Of a DNA stretch of 64,000 bases, positions 1 through 10,299 are shown piece by piece. Each line of letters begins with the position of its first letter. Positions within the stretch are counted from its first letter, which is position 1. Below the pieces are notes generated by a model. It had not been told where the DNA came from. It did not search any database and was given only the letters and a program-made list of their open reading frames with translations. Position numbers and translations under genes: made by a program. The DNA is from Candidatus Bacteroides intestinavium (lineage in GTDB: Bacteria > Bacteroidota > Bacteroidia > Bacteroidales > Bacteroidaceae), in contig DWZE01000089.1 of assembly GCA_019118325.1 (NCBI GenBank), positions 1,197 through 65,196 of the forward strand, written 5' to 3'.

Positions 1-447
1 GCTCCCGGGACATTCGGTCCTGTCTTCATCCATCGCGTGCTCTATGCACTTTCATCGGGCACGGGGCATTCCGCCCAATATGCCTTGGCGGCGATGATGC
101 GCGCAGCTTCGGACGGTACCTACCGCTTCCGCGACGAGGTAAGCGTCTATGGCGAGCGGGCGCGCAGGCTGAAGGAAATTTTTCTGCGCCACGGCTTCTA
201 CTTGGTGTATGACACCGATGTAGATGAGCCTGTGGCTGACGGCTTCTACTTCACCATCGGCTATCCCAACCTGACAGGTGGCGAGTTGGCGCATGAACTG
301 ATGTACTATGGTGTCAGTGCTTTGCCCTTGGATACTACAGGCAGTCTGCGCCAGGGGCTTCGTGCCTGCACCTCTTTTATTCAGGACCATCAGTACGACC
401 TGTTGGAGGAGCGGATGGAAAGATTTGAGCGGGAGCACAGAAAATGA
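1..447 (+). CDS. PLP-dependent aminotransferase class I/II, 3' part (5' end lies outside the window)
   Basis: Frame is open from base 1. C-terminal DGFYFTIG...GLRAC pattern is typical of Bacteroides class I/II aminotransferases. Confidence 0.7.
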   Translation, partial: APGTFGPVFIHRVLYALSSGTGHSAQYALAAMMRAASDGTYRFRDEVSVYGERARRLKEIFLRHGFYLVYDTDVDEPVADGFYFTIGYPNLTGGELAHELMYYGVSALPLDTTGSLRQGLRACTSFIQDHQYDLLEERMERFEREHRK

Positions 448-753
448 AAAAAATGAGAATTGAAAATTCGTAATTGGAAGATTTTTTTAAGTCTTTCAAT
501 CGCTCAACTTATCAGCTGACAAGGATACAAGTTAAAAATGCCTTGCTTGACGAATATCTTGTATGAAGTAGCCCGCAACAGACGCCTTGTAAATTTGTCA
601 ACTACACCGGAGTTTGGAAAGTTGAATTGGATTTTTAATCCTTTGCTTCTTGTTCTTTGACCAGGGATACCTCCTTTCGGGGGTATTCCGTCTTTGTGTC
701 ATCTTTGTGTTATCGTTGTTTGGCTAATTTCCAATTCTCAATTCTCAATCCAA

Positions 754-1338
754 ATGGATACAGACATTTACCGCATAGAATATAACCACGTGGAACCATG
801 CCGGGGCTGCGTGCTGATAGCTGAACCTTTCCTACGCGACCAATTCTTCGGGCGCTCAGTCATCTTTGTGGTTGAACATTCGGTCGAAAGTGGTACCATG
901 GGACTGGTATTGAACAAACCTTTGCCGGTCATGCTGGCCGACATCATGTGTGATTGCCAATCTACGGAAGATATCCCTGTCTATCGGGGTGGCCCTTTGG
1001 CTATGGATACCCTGTTCTATCTGCACACCTTGGCCGATGTACAAGACTCTCTGCCTGTGACTGATGGCATTTATCTGAACGGAGATTTCGAGGCTATCCG
1101 GCGGTATATCCTTCAAGGCAACCCCGTGCGAGGACACCTGCGCTTCTTTCTGGGTTATGCGGGATGGGAAGACGGGCAATTGCATGAAGAATGCGAGGCG
1201 GACACCTGGATGGTGAGTCGTGACGGGCGTCCTTGCCTGCGCGACGATACGGACCGACAATGGGAAAATGCCTTATCCAGCTTGGGAGACAAGTATCGGA
1301 TTTGGGCAGGTTTCCCGCAGATCCCGGAACTGAATTGA
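754..1338 (+). CDS. YqgE/AlgH (DUF179) family protein
   Basis: Motifs LIAEPFL, GLVLNKP, GGP, RFFLGYAGWxxGQL and terminal P-LN. ATG 754 preferred over the upstream TTG. Confidence 0.9.
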   Translation: MDTDIYRIEYNHVEPCRGCVLIAEPFLRDQFFGRSVIFVVEHSVESGTMGLVLNKPLPVMLADIMCDCQSTEDIPVYRGGPLAMDTLFYLHTLADVQDSLPVTDGIYLNGDFEAIRRYILQGNPVRGHLRFFLGYAGWEDGQLHEECEADTWMVSRDGRPCLRDDTDRQWENALSSLGDKYRIWAGFPQIPELN

Positions 1339-1369
1339 ATGAGATAAAGACTTGATATCTCCGTGTCTG

Positions 1370-2275
1370 TCATTGAGCGCTGACCAGTTTTTTGAATTCT
1401 GCCGGATAGGGTGTTTCAAAATGCATATCCATGCCCGTTACGGGGTAGTGGAAGCAGAGTTTGAAGGCATGAAGGGCCAAGCGTCCAAGGGGATTGACGT
1501 CCTCCAAGCCATAGCGTCCGTCACCAACAACGGGGTGCCCCAAGTCCTGCATATGTACGCGAATCTGGTTCTTGCGTCCTGTTTCGAGGTTCAGTTCCAT
1601 CAGAGAATAGCCGTTAGCGCGTCTGATGGTGCGATAGTGCGTGATGGATTCTTTACCTCCATCATCCACGGGGCTTGAATGTACGTAGAGTGTGCGGTCG
1701 GTGAGCCACGAACGGACGGTTCCTTGATCGCGCTCCATATTGCCTGCTACTACGGCCACATAGCGCCGGTCGAAAACCAATTCGTGCCAATTGTCGCGCA
1801 AGGTGTGTTGTGTCTTTTCGTCCTTGGCGAACATCATCAGGCCGGAAGTATCCCTGTCCAATCTATGTACTATGTAGACGCGATTCCGTCGGTCCTTGCG
1901 ACGCAGGTATTCATTGAGAATGGTGCAGGCAGTGCGCTCTTTCTGGCGTTCAGTGCTGACCGAGAGGAGCCCCGGACGCTTATCGATAACGATGAGGTAA
2001 GCATCTTCGTAGACGATTTTCAGCAGATTGGAATGAAACTCGTGCGTGTGCTTGTCTCGACTGATTTGTACCTTCATCCCCGGTTGGAGGGGGAAGTTGT
2101 ATTGGGTGGTGATGACATTATCCACAAAGACCACGCGCTTCGTCAGAAGAGACTTGAGCTTTGTCCGGCTGGCTTGGGGCATCACGCTGGCCAGGAAGGC
2201 CATCAGTTCCATCGGCTTGCGGACGAGGTAGTCCGTGTATTGGTTTTGGGCTTTGGCGTAGGTTTTCTGTTTCAT
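1370..2275 (-). CDS. RluA-family RNA pseudouridine synthase
   Basis: Catalytic VHRLDRDTSG motif, TGRKNQIRVH, LHA. Confidence 0.95.
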   Translation of the reverse strand: MKQKTYAKAQNQYTDYLVRKPMELMAFLASVMPQASRTKLKSLLTKRVVFVDNVITTQYNFPLQPGMKVQISRDKHTHEFHSNLLKIVYEDAYLIVIDKRPGLLSVSTERQKERTACTILNEYLRRKDRRNRVYIVHRLDRDTSGLMMFAKDEKTQHTLRDNWHELVFDRRYVAVVAGNMERDQGTVRSWLTDRTLYVHSSPVDDGGKESITHYRTIRRANGYSLMELNLETGRKNQIRVHMQDLGHPVVGDGRYGLEDVNPLGRLALHAFKLCFHYPVTGMDMHFETPYPAEFKKLVSAQ

Positions 2276-2414
2276 AAATGTTTTTTTATTTTAGAGGAAT
2301 GGGTGGTAACCGGAAGGAGTTATAGGCCGGTGTCAAAGGAATTGGCTTTTGACTCCTGAGCGAAGCGATAACTCCTTCTGACTCCTGCGGACTCCGCTCC
2401 GCCTCCCATTTCCC

Positions 2415-3839
2415 TCAGCTCATCTTTTTTTCCAGTCTTACAACGTTCTCCACGTGATACGTATGTGGAAACATGTCCACCGGCTGGACGTGGGTGACAC
2501 GGTATTTCGTGTCCAGCAACTGGAGGTCGCGCGCCTGGGTGGCCGGATTGCAGCTGACGTAGACGATGCGCTCCGGCTCTGCCTGGAGGATGACGTCCAC
2601 CACGTCCGGATGCATGCCGGCGCGGGGAGGGTCGGTGATGATGACGTCGGGACGTCCATGTTCGCGGATGAAGTCCCGGGTGAGGATGTCCTTCATGTCA
2701 CCGGCGAAGAACAGGGTATTGCCGATGCCATTGATTTCCGAGTTGACACGCGCGTCCTCGATAGCTTCGGGTACATATTCGATGCCTATCACCTGGCGTG
2801 CCTGGCGTGAAACGAAATTCGCGATGGTACCTGTGCCCGTATAGAGGTCGTACACCAGTTCCTTGCCTGTCAGGCCTGCAAACTCGCGTGCGGCCTGGTA
2901 GAGCCGGTAGGCTTGGCGCGAATTGGTCTGATAGAAGGATTTGGGACCTACCTTGAAGCGCAGGCCTTCCATTTCTTCGAAAATATGGTCCTCGCCCCGG
3001 AAGGTATGTACCTCCAAGTCGCCAATAGAGTCGTTCACCTTGTTGTTGACGACGTAGAGCAGGGAGGTGATTTCGGGGAAGGTGTCTCCCACGTAGGCCA
3101 GGATTTCATGGAATTTCTCCATCTCCGCGTCTCCATGCACCTGCGCCACGAGGATAATCATCAGCTGCCCCGTGGTGGAGGTGCGCACGATGATGTTACG
3201 CAGCATCCCCTCGTGTGTGCGGAGGTTGATGAAGGTATATCCGTGCTCGTAGGCATAGTCGCGCACGGCGTTGCGGATGCGGTTGGAGATGTCGTCCTGA
3301 AGCCAGCACTTATCAATGGCCAGCACTTTGTCGAAGGCGCCGGGGATGTGGAAGCCCACGGCATTCATCTGTTCGTAGACAACGTTCTGAGCCACTTCCT
3401 CGCGCGTCAGCCAACGCTTGTTGGAGAAAGTGTATTCCAGCTTGTTGCGATAGCCTTCGGTCAGTTCGGAGCCCAGGATGGGAGAGATTTCGGGCAATTC
3501 CACCTTGCCGATGCGGGTGAGGTTGTCCACGACTTGCTTTTGCTTGTATCTCAGTTGTTCGGGGTAAGCCAGGCATTGCCATTGGCAGCCGCCACACACG
3601 CCATAATGCGTGCAGAAGGGAGTGGCCCGCTTGTCCGAATATTGGTGGATGCGCACGGCCTCGGCCTCGGCATAGTTATGTTTCTTCCGCTTCACCTGGA
3701 GGTCCACCACGTCGCCCGGCACCACATAGGGTACAAACACCACGAGGTTGTCCACGCGGGCGATGGCTTTTCCTTCGGCGGCCACATCCGTTATTGTGAT
3801 GTTTTCCAGCAGGGGGAGTTCTTTCTTTTTTCTTGCCAC
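2415..3839 (-). CDS. rlmD: 23S rRNA (uracil-1939-C5)-methyltransferase RlmD
   Basis: TRAM domain, Fe-S motif CxHYGVCGGC, SFYQTN, DLYTGTGTI, DPPRAG, YVSCNPAT, DMFPHTxHVE. Confidence 0.93.
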   Translation of the reverse strand: MARKKKELPLLENITITDVAAEGKAIARVDNLVVFVPYVVPGDVVDLQVKRKKHNYAEAEAVRIHQYSDKRATPFCTHYGVCGGCQWQCLAYPEQLRYKQKQVVDNLTRIGKVELPEISPILGSELTEGYRNKLEYTFSNKRWLTREEVAQNVVYEQMNAVGFHIPGAFDKVLAIDKCWLQDDISNRIRNAVRDYAYEHGYTFINLRTHEGMLRNIIVRTSTTGQLMIILVAQVHGDAEMEKFHEILAYVGDTFPEITSLLYVVNNKVNDSIGDLEVHTFRGEDHIFEEMEGLRFKVGPKSFYQTNSRQAYRLYQAAREFAGLTGKELVYDLYTGTGTIANFVSRQARQVIGIEYVPEAIEDARVNSEINGIGNTLFFAGDMKDILTRDFIREHGRPDVIITDPPRAGMHPDVVDVILQAEPERIVYVSCNPATQARDLQLLDTKYRVTHVQPVDMFPHTYHVENVVRLEKKMS

Positions 3840-3866
3840 GATTTTTTCTACCTTGAAAATGTATGC

Positions 3867-5183
3867 TTATTTTTCTTTCTTTTCTTTGTTGTCTTCCTCC
3901 TCGTCGTGCTTTACCACGAGAAGTTTGTCCACACGTCCTCTGTCCATGTCTACTACCTCAAAATCCAGATTCTTGTAGGAGAAGAGGTCACCGGCCTTGG
4001 GTACCCGCCCGATGAGGAACATGGCCAGGCCGCTCAGGGTGGTGAAGTCTTCTTCTTTCAGGTCGTCATAGTTCAGGATTCCCATGGCCTCCATGAAGTC
4101 GTCCAGGTTCATCGAACCCTCCACCAGCAGGGAGCCGTCCTGGCGTGCCACGATGTCTTCCTCCTCAATCTCGTTTTCCTCGAGGATGTCTCCGAAGATG
4201 CTTTCCGTCAGGTCGTGCAGGGTGATAATGCCTTGCGTGCTGCCGTATTCGTCCACCACGACGCCGAACTTGTTCTTGTTTTTCTTGAATAGCTCCAGTA
4301 CCTTCTTGGCATAGAGGCTTTCGGGGATGAACAGGGGCGGGCGGGCGATGGCGCGCAGGTCGAATGGCTGGTCGCTGCCCAGCATCACGATGATGTCCTT
4401 GACTGACACCACGCCGATGACTTCGTCCTTGCCGCTCTCCACCAGGAGGTATTTGCTGAAGTGCTGTTCGCGGATGATGCGGAGCACGTCCTCACGGGTG
4501 TCGTCAGGGTGCATCACCACGATATCCCTCCGATAGGTCATCAGGTCATTGGCGCGTTTGTCCGAGAAGCGGAAGACGTCGCGGAGCATTTCTGTCTCGT
4601 CCTTGTCGATGACTCCTTGCTCGGAACTTTGGTGCAGGATCATTTTCAGTTCTTCCTGGGTCATCTGGCGCTCTTCGCCTTCTTCCAGTCCTATCAGCTT
4701 GTTCACCAGCTTGGTGGAGGCACTGAGCAGGAGGACGAAGGGGTAGGAGATGTTCTTCACCGCCACCATCAGGGGACTGAGCCGCGTGGCCCATTTCTCG
4801 GGATCGCTCAGGGCGATGGACTTGGGCACCAGCTCGCCCACGATGAGAGAGAGATAAGTGATAATCACTACCACCGTGGCCACCGCCAGCGTGTGGGCAT
4901 AGGGCTCGGCACCGGGGATGAGCAGGAAGAGGGGTTCAATCTCGTCGGAAATGGTGGCGCCGCCATAGGCACCCGATACGATACCGATGAGTGTGATGCC
5001 AATCTGGATGGTAGAGAGAAATTTCTCGGGTTCTTCCAATTGTTTCAGCACGTCCTTGGCCCGTTTGTTACCCTTTCCGGCCATCGTTTCCAAGCGTGCT
5101 TTGCTGGCGGATACCAGCGCTAATTCGTACATGGCGAAGACGCCATTCATAAGTAATAAAAGCAGGATGATGAAAAATTCCAT
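3867..5183 (-). CDS. Hemolysin-family / CNNM-CBS-CorC membrane protein
   Basis: NGVFAMYELALVS, QIGIT and GELVPKSIA (DUF21), CBS pair (VVDEYG), CorC-type C-terminus. Confidence 0.92.
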   Translation of the reverse strand: MEFFIILLLLLMNGVFAMYELALVSASKARLETMAGKGNKRAKDVLKQLEEPEKFLSTIQIGITLIGIVSGAYGGATISDEIEPLFLLIPGAEPYAHTLAVATVVVIITYLSLIVGELVPKSIALSDPEKWATRLSPLMVAVKNISYPFVLLLSASTKLVNKLIGLEEGEERQMTQEELKMILHQSSEQGVIDKDETEMLRDVFRFSDKRANDLMTYRRDIVVMHPDDTREDVLRIIREQHFSKYLLVESGKDEVIGVVSVKDIIVMLGSDQPFDLRAIARPPLFIPESLYAKKVLELFKKNKNKFGVVVDEYGSTQGIITLHDLTESIFGDILEENEIEEEDIVARQDGSLLVEGSMNLDDFMEAMGILNYDDLKEEDFTTLSGLAMFLIGRVPKAGDLFSYKNLDFEVVDMDRGRVDKLLVVKHDEEEDNKEKKEK

Positions 5184-5284
5184 ATAAGTCTTTACTGTTT
5201 TTCAGGCGCAAACATACGAATTATTTTCCGATTATGGAAACAGAACCCCCATAAAGTACCCCGGACGGTAGCTTGGCCGTGCCT

Positions 5285-5965
5285 TCAGCCTTGCCTGCCA
5301 TAATCCCGCTCTCCGAAGATTTTGGTACCCACCCGGACCAGCGTGCTGCCCGCCCGGACGGCCAGGGGATAGTCGTGGGACATCCCCATGGACAACTCGC
5401 TGAACGTGGTGTCGCCTGCGAAGAAGGCGTCCCGCAGTTCCACGAACAGGGCGTGCAGGCCCTCGAACTCGCGGCTTACCCGGGCGGCATCGTCTGTGTT
5501 GGAGGCCATGCCCATCAATCCGCGGATGCGGACATGGGAAAGGCTCTTCCACGCATCCCCGGCCAGCAGTTCGCGACATTCGTCGGGGGTGAAGCCGAAT
5601 TTGGTCTCTTCGCGGGCGATGTGGATTTGCAGGAGGACATCGATCGTGCGCCCCGCCTTGGCACCTTGCTTGTCCACCTCGGCCAGGAGGCGGAAGGAGT
5701 CGATGCCGTGGATGAGGGCGACGTAGGGAGCGATGTACTTCACCTTGTTGGTCTGCAGGTGTCCGATGAAGTGCCACCGGATATCTTTGGGCAAGGCTTC
5801 GTGTTTGAGGCACATTTCCTGCACCTTGCTCTCGCCGAAGATGCGCTGGCCTGCCCCGTAGGCCTCCAGGATGGCTTCATCGGGATGAAACTTGCTGACG
5901 GCCACCAGCTGCACACCCTCCGGCAGGTCGGCCAGGACTTGCTGCAGATTGTCTGCCACGCTCAT
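5285..5965 (-). CDS. yggS: YggS family PLP-binding protein
   Basis: VAVSK, FGESKVQE, WHFIGHLQTNK, LSMGMSxD, VRVGTKIFG. Start ATG 5965 overlaps the upstream stop (ATGA). Confidence 0.93.
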   Translation of the reverse strand: MSVADNLQQVLADLPEGVQLVAVSKFHPDEAILEAYGAGQRIFGESKVQEMCLKHEALPKDIRWHFIGHLQTNKVKYIAPYVALIHGIDSFRLLAEVDKQGAKAGRTIDVLLQIHIAREETKFGFTPDECRELLAGDAWKSLSHVRIRGLMGMASNTDDAARVSREFEGLHALFVELRDAFFAGDTTFSELSMGMSHDYPLAVRAGSTLVRVGTKIFGERDYGRQG

Positions 5966-6432
5966 CCCTGCACCTCCGGTTTGTCGTCGGGCCCGGCGTG
6001 GTAGGGGTAGACGTCCATGATGGCGGTCTCGGCCACGGAGGCGATTTGGTAGTCGGCCATCGTGCCCTTCATGCCTTCGTCCAGCTTCTTGACGGCGTCG
6101 CGCAGGTCGGCAGCCTGTACCAGCACCTGTGTGGAGGTCTTCTTCTCGGCGCCGCTTTTCTCGTCGAGGGTGATGAAGACCAGCTTGCACTTGAACCAGC
6201 GGTCGGCGGCTTCCTCCTCCGAGGGGAAGAGCTCGCTGTAGTTGGCGCGCTTGATGTCGGACACGATGAACTCGCCCGTGATGAAGGGGGTCATCTCCTC
6301 GATGATGCGGGCCTCGGCCTCGGTGAAACTCAAGGCGTCCACCAGGTAGGGCTCAGTGACCTTCTTGTTCATGCCGTTCTCCATTGTCTTTTCGTATCGA
6401 ATCTTGCATTCGAACCAGGTATGCATTGCCAT
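5962..6432 (-). CDS. DUF4494 domain protein
   Basis: WFECKIRYEK...EPYLVDALSFTEAEARIIEE is characteristic of this Bacteroidetes family (from recall). Confidence 0.85.
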   Translation of the reverse strand: MAMHTWFECKIRYEKTMENGMNKKVTEPYLVDALSFTEAEARIIEEMTPFITGEFIVSDIKRANYSELFPSEEEAADRWFKCKLVFITLDEKSGAEKKTSTQVLVQAADLRDAVKKLDEGMKGTMADYQIASVAETAIMDVYPYHAGPDDKPEVQG

Positions 6433-6490
6433 AGTCTTTTCGTATTAAGTGAAGATATGATTGGGTTAGTACTTTCCGTCTTGCGGGCGG

Positions 6491-6567
6491 CAAAGATAGG
6501 CAATCCCGCGCAATCGGCGAACTATTTGGCCGATTTTTGTGTGTTTCACGCGAAGCCTGTATCTTTG
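6491..6567. promoter_or_regulatory. Divergent Bacteroidetes sigma-70 promoters
   Basis: TATCTTTG -7 box on the minus strand (6491-6498) and on the plus strand (6560-6567). The plus-strand box has TTTG at 6536-6539, a 20 bp spacer. Confidence 0.7.
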
Positions 6568-6600
6568 CGCCCCGAAATGAACCTCTAATTGATACGTTTT

Positions 6601-8076
6601 ATGACAGAACAGACCTATACCATCCGCCTTGCTGGCGCCGTGGCCCGCAACCCGCAGGTGCGGCTGGCCGCTCCGGTGGATTTGGAACTGAAGCCGTCGG
6701 AGCACGTGGCCATTGCCGGCGACAACGGGGCGGGGAAGTCCCTCCTCGTGGACCTGATGACCGGACGTGCGCCCCTGCTGGGCGGGAGCGTGGCTTATGA
6801 CTTCCGCCCGGCGGCGGACGATGCCCTATATAATAATGTGAAGTACATCGCCTTCCGCGATACCTACGGGAGCGCCGACGCCAACTATTACTACCAGCAA
6901 CGCTGGAATGCGCACGACCAGGACGAGGTCCCCCCGGTGCGCGACCTCTTGCCGCCGCCCGCCGACCCGGACCTCGCCACCTGCCTGGCCGAACTGTTCC
7001 GCCTGGACGAGCTGATGGACAAGCGCATCCTCCTGCTCTCCAGCGGCGAAATGCGCCGTTTCCAGCTGTACAAGGCCCTGGCGGGCGCGCCGCGGGTGCT
7101 CATCGTGGACAATCCGTTCATCGGGCTGGACGCCCCGACGCGCGAGATGCTGTCCGAACTGCTGGGCGAACTGGCGCGGACGGGCATGATACAGATGGTC
7201 CTCGTGGTGTCGCGTCCGGAGGACATCCCTCCGTTCGTCACGCACGTCGTCCCCGTGGCGGACAAGACCGTCCTGCCCAAGGTCGCTCTGGCGGACTACC
7301 TGGCGGCGCGCCGCCCGCTGCCGACCGGCGCGGACGGGGATGCGGAGCGGCGCATCGCGAGCCTGCCGGCCGGGCAGGCGGACTACGGGCCGGACGAGGT
7401 GGTGCGCCTCAGCGGGGTCAGCATCCGCTACGGCGGCCGCACCATCCTGGACCGTCTGGACTGGGTGGTGCGCCGGGGCGAGTGCTGGGCCCTGTCCGGC
7501 GAGAACGGGGCAGGGAAGTCTACGCTCCTCAGCCTGGTCTGTGCCGACAACCCCCAGTCCTACGCCTGCGACATCTCCCTCTTCGGGCGGAAGCGGGGCA
7601 CGGGCGAGAGCATCTGGGACATCAAGCGGCACATCGGCTACGTCAGCCCCGAGATGCACCGCGCCTACCTGAAGAACCTCCCCGCGCTGGACATCGTGGC
7701 CAGCGGCCTGCACGACAGCATCGGGCTCTACCGCCGTCCGAAGGCGGAGGAGCTGGAGGCGTGCCGCTGGTGGATGGACACGTTTGGCATCGGCCCCCTC
7801 CACGAGCGTCCGTTCCTCACCCTCTCCAGCGGCGAGCAACGCCTGTGCCTCCTGGCCCGCGCCTTCGTCAAGGACCCCGCGCTGCTGGTCCTGGACGAGC
7901 CGCTGCACGGGCTGGACACGCGCCGCCGCGCCCTCGTGCGACGCATCATCGAGGCCTTCTGCCGCCGGCCGGGGAAAACGCTGCTGATGGTGACCCACTA
8001 CGAGGAGGAGCTGCCGGCGTGCATCGACCACCGGCTGCGCCTGTCGCGGCGCGGAGGCGGCGTCCTCCGGGACTGA
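6601..8076 (+). CDS. ModF-like duplicated ABC ATP-binding protein
   Basis: Two Walker A motifs (GDNGAGKS, GENGAGKS), LSSGE signatures, ESIWDIKRHIGYVSPE. Confidence 0.88.
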   Translation: MTEQTYTIRLAGAVARNPQVRLAAPVDLELKPSEHVAIAGDNGAGKSLLVDLMTGRAPLLGGSVAYDFRPAADDALYNNVKYIAFRDTYGSADANYYYQQRWNAHDQDEVPPVRDLLPPPADPDLATCLAELFRLDELMDKRILLLSSGEMRRFQLYKALAGAPRVLIVDNPFIGLDAPTREMLSELLGELARTGMIQMVLVVSRPEDIPPFVTHVVPVADKTVLPKVALADYLAARRPLPTGADGDAERRIASLPAGQADYGPDEVVRLSGVSIRYGGRTILDRLDWVVRRGECWALSGENGAGKSTLLSLVCADNPQSYACDISLFGRKRGTGESIWDIKRHIGYVSPEMHRAYLKNLPALDIVASGLHDSIGLYRRPKAEELEACRWWMDTFGIGPLHERPFLTLSSGEQRLCLLARAFVKDPALLVLDEPLHGLDTRRRALVRRIIEAFCRRPGKTLLMVTHYEEELPACIDHRLRLSRRGGGVLRD

Positions 8077-8144
8077 GCCGGGGGCACTTCGGGACTGAAC
8101 CGGGGGTACTTCGGGACCGGGGCGCGCCTGGTCCCGAAGTAGGA

Positions 8145-8213
8145 GGGAAATCAGTGCCACTGGTTTATAGAATCAGTGCCACTGATTATAGGAATCAGTG
8201 CCACTGATTTCCC
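8145..8213. repeat. Three tandem palindromes AATCAGTG-C-CACTGATT with 22 bp period
   Basis: Copies start at 8149 (one mismatch), 8171 and 8193. An 11 bp-stem hairpin precedes them at 8108-8140. Confidence 0.9.
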
Positions 8214-8428
8214 GTCCGGTCCCGAAGGCGCCGCGTCCCGTCCCGGAACCCGGACAGAGCCACTCCGCAACCCGGTCGGGTCCGCCACGGAATCCGTCCG
8301 GAGGCCCTCCGCGGGCTGGGGTTTTATGCTTTTTTAAGGAAACGGGACAACTCCCGGCCGCGCCGTCTTGCGGATTGGATGAAAAAGCGTACATTTGCGG
8401 CAGATTACACAGACAAACAGAAAACGAG

Positions 8429-10297
8429 ATGAAAGAAAGATTGCTGGCCTTCGTCAAGACCTACGGGCTGCTGGTGCTGCTGTTCGTGGCGCAGAAGCCC
8501 TTGTTCATGCTATTCCATGTGGAGATGTACGCTGACTGCCCGGCGGCGGAGTGGGGGCGTGTCGTGTGGCACGGCCTGCCGCTGGACCTGAGCGTGGCGG
8601 GCTACCTGACGGCCCTTCCGGCCCTGCTGCTGGCCGCCTCGGCGTGGTCGTGGGGGCGGTGGCTGACGTGGGCCCTGCGCGTGTGGTTCGGGGTGGTGTC
8701 GCTGCTGCTGAGCGTGGTCTTCATCCTCGACCTCGTGCTCTACGAATACTGGGGGTTCCGGCTGGACACCACGCCGTTCTTCTACTTCTTCTCCTCGCCG
8801 GGCGACACGCTGGCCAGCGCCTCGGGCGGCACGGCCGTGCTGGGCTTCCTGATGATGGCCGTATGCACCGTGCTGGTCTATGCCCTGTTCCACTACTGCG
8901 TCCTGCGGGCCGTGGAGCGCTTCCGCCGTCCTGCGCGCCGGGCGGCCGCGTGCGGGGTGCTGGCGCTGCTGGCGGGCGCGCTGTTCATCCCCATACGCGG
9001 GGGCTTCACCGTCTCGACCATGAACACGGGCAAAGCCTATTTCTCGTCCAACCAGCGGCTGAACCACGCCGCCATCAATCCCGCCTTCAGCCTGCTGGAG
9101 TCCGCCTTCAAGGAGAGCGACTTCGCCTCGCAATACCGTTTCCTCCAGGCCGATGACGCCGACAAGCTCTTTGCCGACATGCTCGACCCCCAGGTGCGGT
9201 CCCTCCGGGCCCCGGCGCAGCCGCGCGACAGCCTGCACAGCCTGCTGCGCACGCCGCGACCGGACGTGCTCGTGGTCATCCTGGAGAGCTTCTCGTCACA
9301 CCTGATGGGCACGCTGGGGGGCGACTCCACCGTGGCGCCCTGTCTGGACTCCATCGCCGCGGGCGGCGTGCTCTTCACGCGGATGCACGCCAACAGCTTC
9401 CGCACGGACCGGGGCCTGGTGTCCATCCTCAGCGGCTATCCCGCCCAGCCCTCGACCAGCATCATGAAGTATCCCCGCAAGTCGCAGTCCCTGCCCTCCA
9501 TCGCCGGGACACTCCGCCGCGAGGGCTACCGGACGCGCTACTACTACGGGGGCGACGCTGATTTCACGAACATGCGCTCCTACCTGATGTCTTCGGGCTT
9601 CGAGGACATCGTGTGCGACCGCGACTTCCCCGTGCAGGACCGCCTGAGCAAGTGGGGCGTGCACGACCACCTCGTCTTCCGCCGCCTGCTCGACGACCTC
9701 CGCGCCGACACCCTCACCGAGGGCCGCGCCCCCCGCTACCGCGTCGTCCAGACCTCCAGCAGCCACGAGCCCTTCGAGGTGCCCTATCGCCGCCTGGCGG
9801 ACGACCGCATGAATGCCTTCGCCTACACGGACAGTTGCGTGGGCGATTTCGTGCGGCGGCTGCGCCGGCTGCCGCAGTGGGAGAACACGCTGCTCGTCCT
9901 CGTGCCCGACCACCAGGGAGCCTGGCCCGAGGCCCTCAACAACCTCTCGCCCGAACGCTACGAGATACCCCTCATCCTCGCCGGAGGCGCCGTGCGCCGC
10001 CCGCGCCGCATCGACACCGTGGGCTCGCAACAGGACATCGCCGCCACGCTGCTGGCCCAGCTGGGACTGCCGCACGGGGACTTCACCTTCAGCAAGGACC
10101 TGCTGGACTCCCGGTCGCCCCACTTCGCCTTCATCACCTTCCCCGGCGCGCTGGGCCTGGTGACGGACGAGAACCGCATCTTCTATGACATCAATGCCGA
10201 ACAGGCCGTCACCATGCTGGGCCCCCATCCGGAGAACGCCCTGGTCCATGCCATGGCCTACCTGCAAAAATTATATGACGACTTAGCTTCCCGATAG
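8429..10297 (+). CDS. LTA synthase family / sulfatase-like membrane protein
   Basis: Five N-terminal TM segments, ILESFS, catalytic Thr in SFRTDRG, SSHEPF, PDH. TACATTTG promoter box at 8390-8397. Confidence 0.9.
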   Translation: MKERLLAFVKTYGLLVLLFVAQKPLFMLFHVEMYADCPAAEWGRVVWHGLPLDLSVAGYLTALPALLLAASAWSWGRWLTWALRVWFGVVSLLLSVVFILDLVLYEYWGFRLDTTPFFYFFSSPGDTLASASGGTAVLGFLMMAVCTVLVYALFHYCVLRAVERFRRPARRAAACGVLALLAGALFIPIRGGFTVSTMNTGKAYFSSNQRLNHAAINPAFSLLESAFKESDFASQYRFLQADDADKLFADMLDPQVRSLRAPAQPRDSLHSLLRTPRPDVLVVILESFSSHLMGTLGGDSTVAPCLDSIAAGGVLFTRMHANSFRTDRGLVSILSGYPAQPSTSIMKYPRKSQSLPSIAGTLRREGYRTRYYYGGDADFTNMRSYLMSSGFEDIVCDRDFPVQDRLSKWGVHDHLVFRRLLDDLRADTLTEGRAPRYRVVQTSSSHEPFEVPYRRLADDRMNAFAYTDSCVGDFVRRLRRLPQWENTLLVLVPDHQGAWPEALNNLSPERYEIPLILAGGAVRRPRRIDTVGSQQDIAATLLAQLGLPHGDFTFSKDLLDSRSPHFAFITFPGALGLVTDENRIFYDINAEQAVTMLGPHPENALVHAMAYLQKLYDDLASR

Positions 10298-10299
10298 AC

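Noticed and set aside
8198-8428. 77-residue N-terminal extension of the LTA-synthase ORF (similar extensions for yggS, uvrB, thiF, purF, plsC)
   Set aside because: The extensions run through promoters, repeats or neighbouring genes. Downstream ATGs match the family N-termini.
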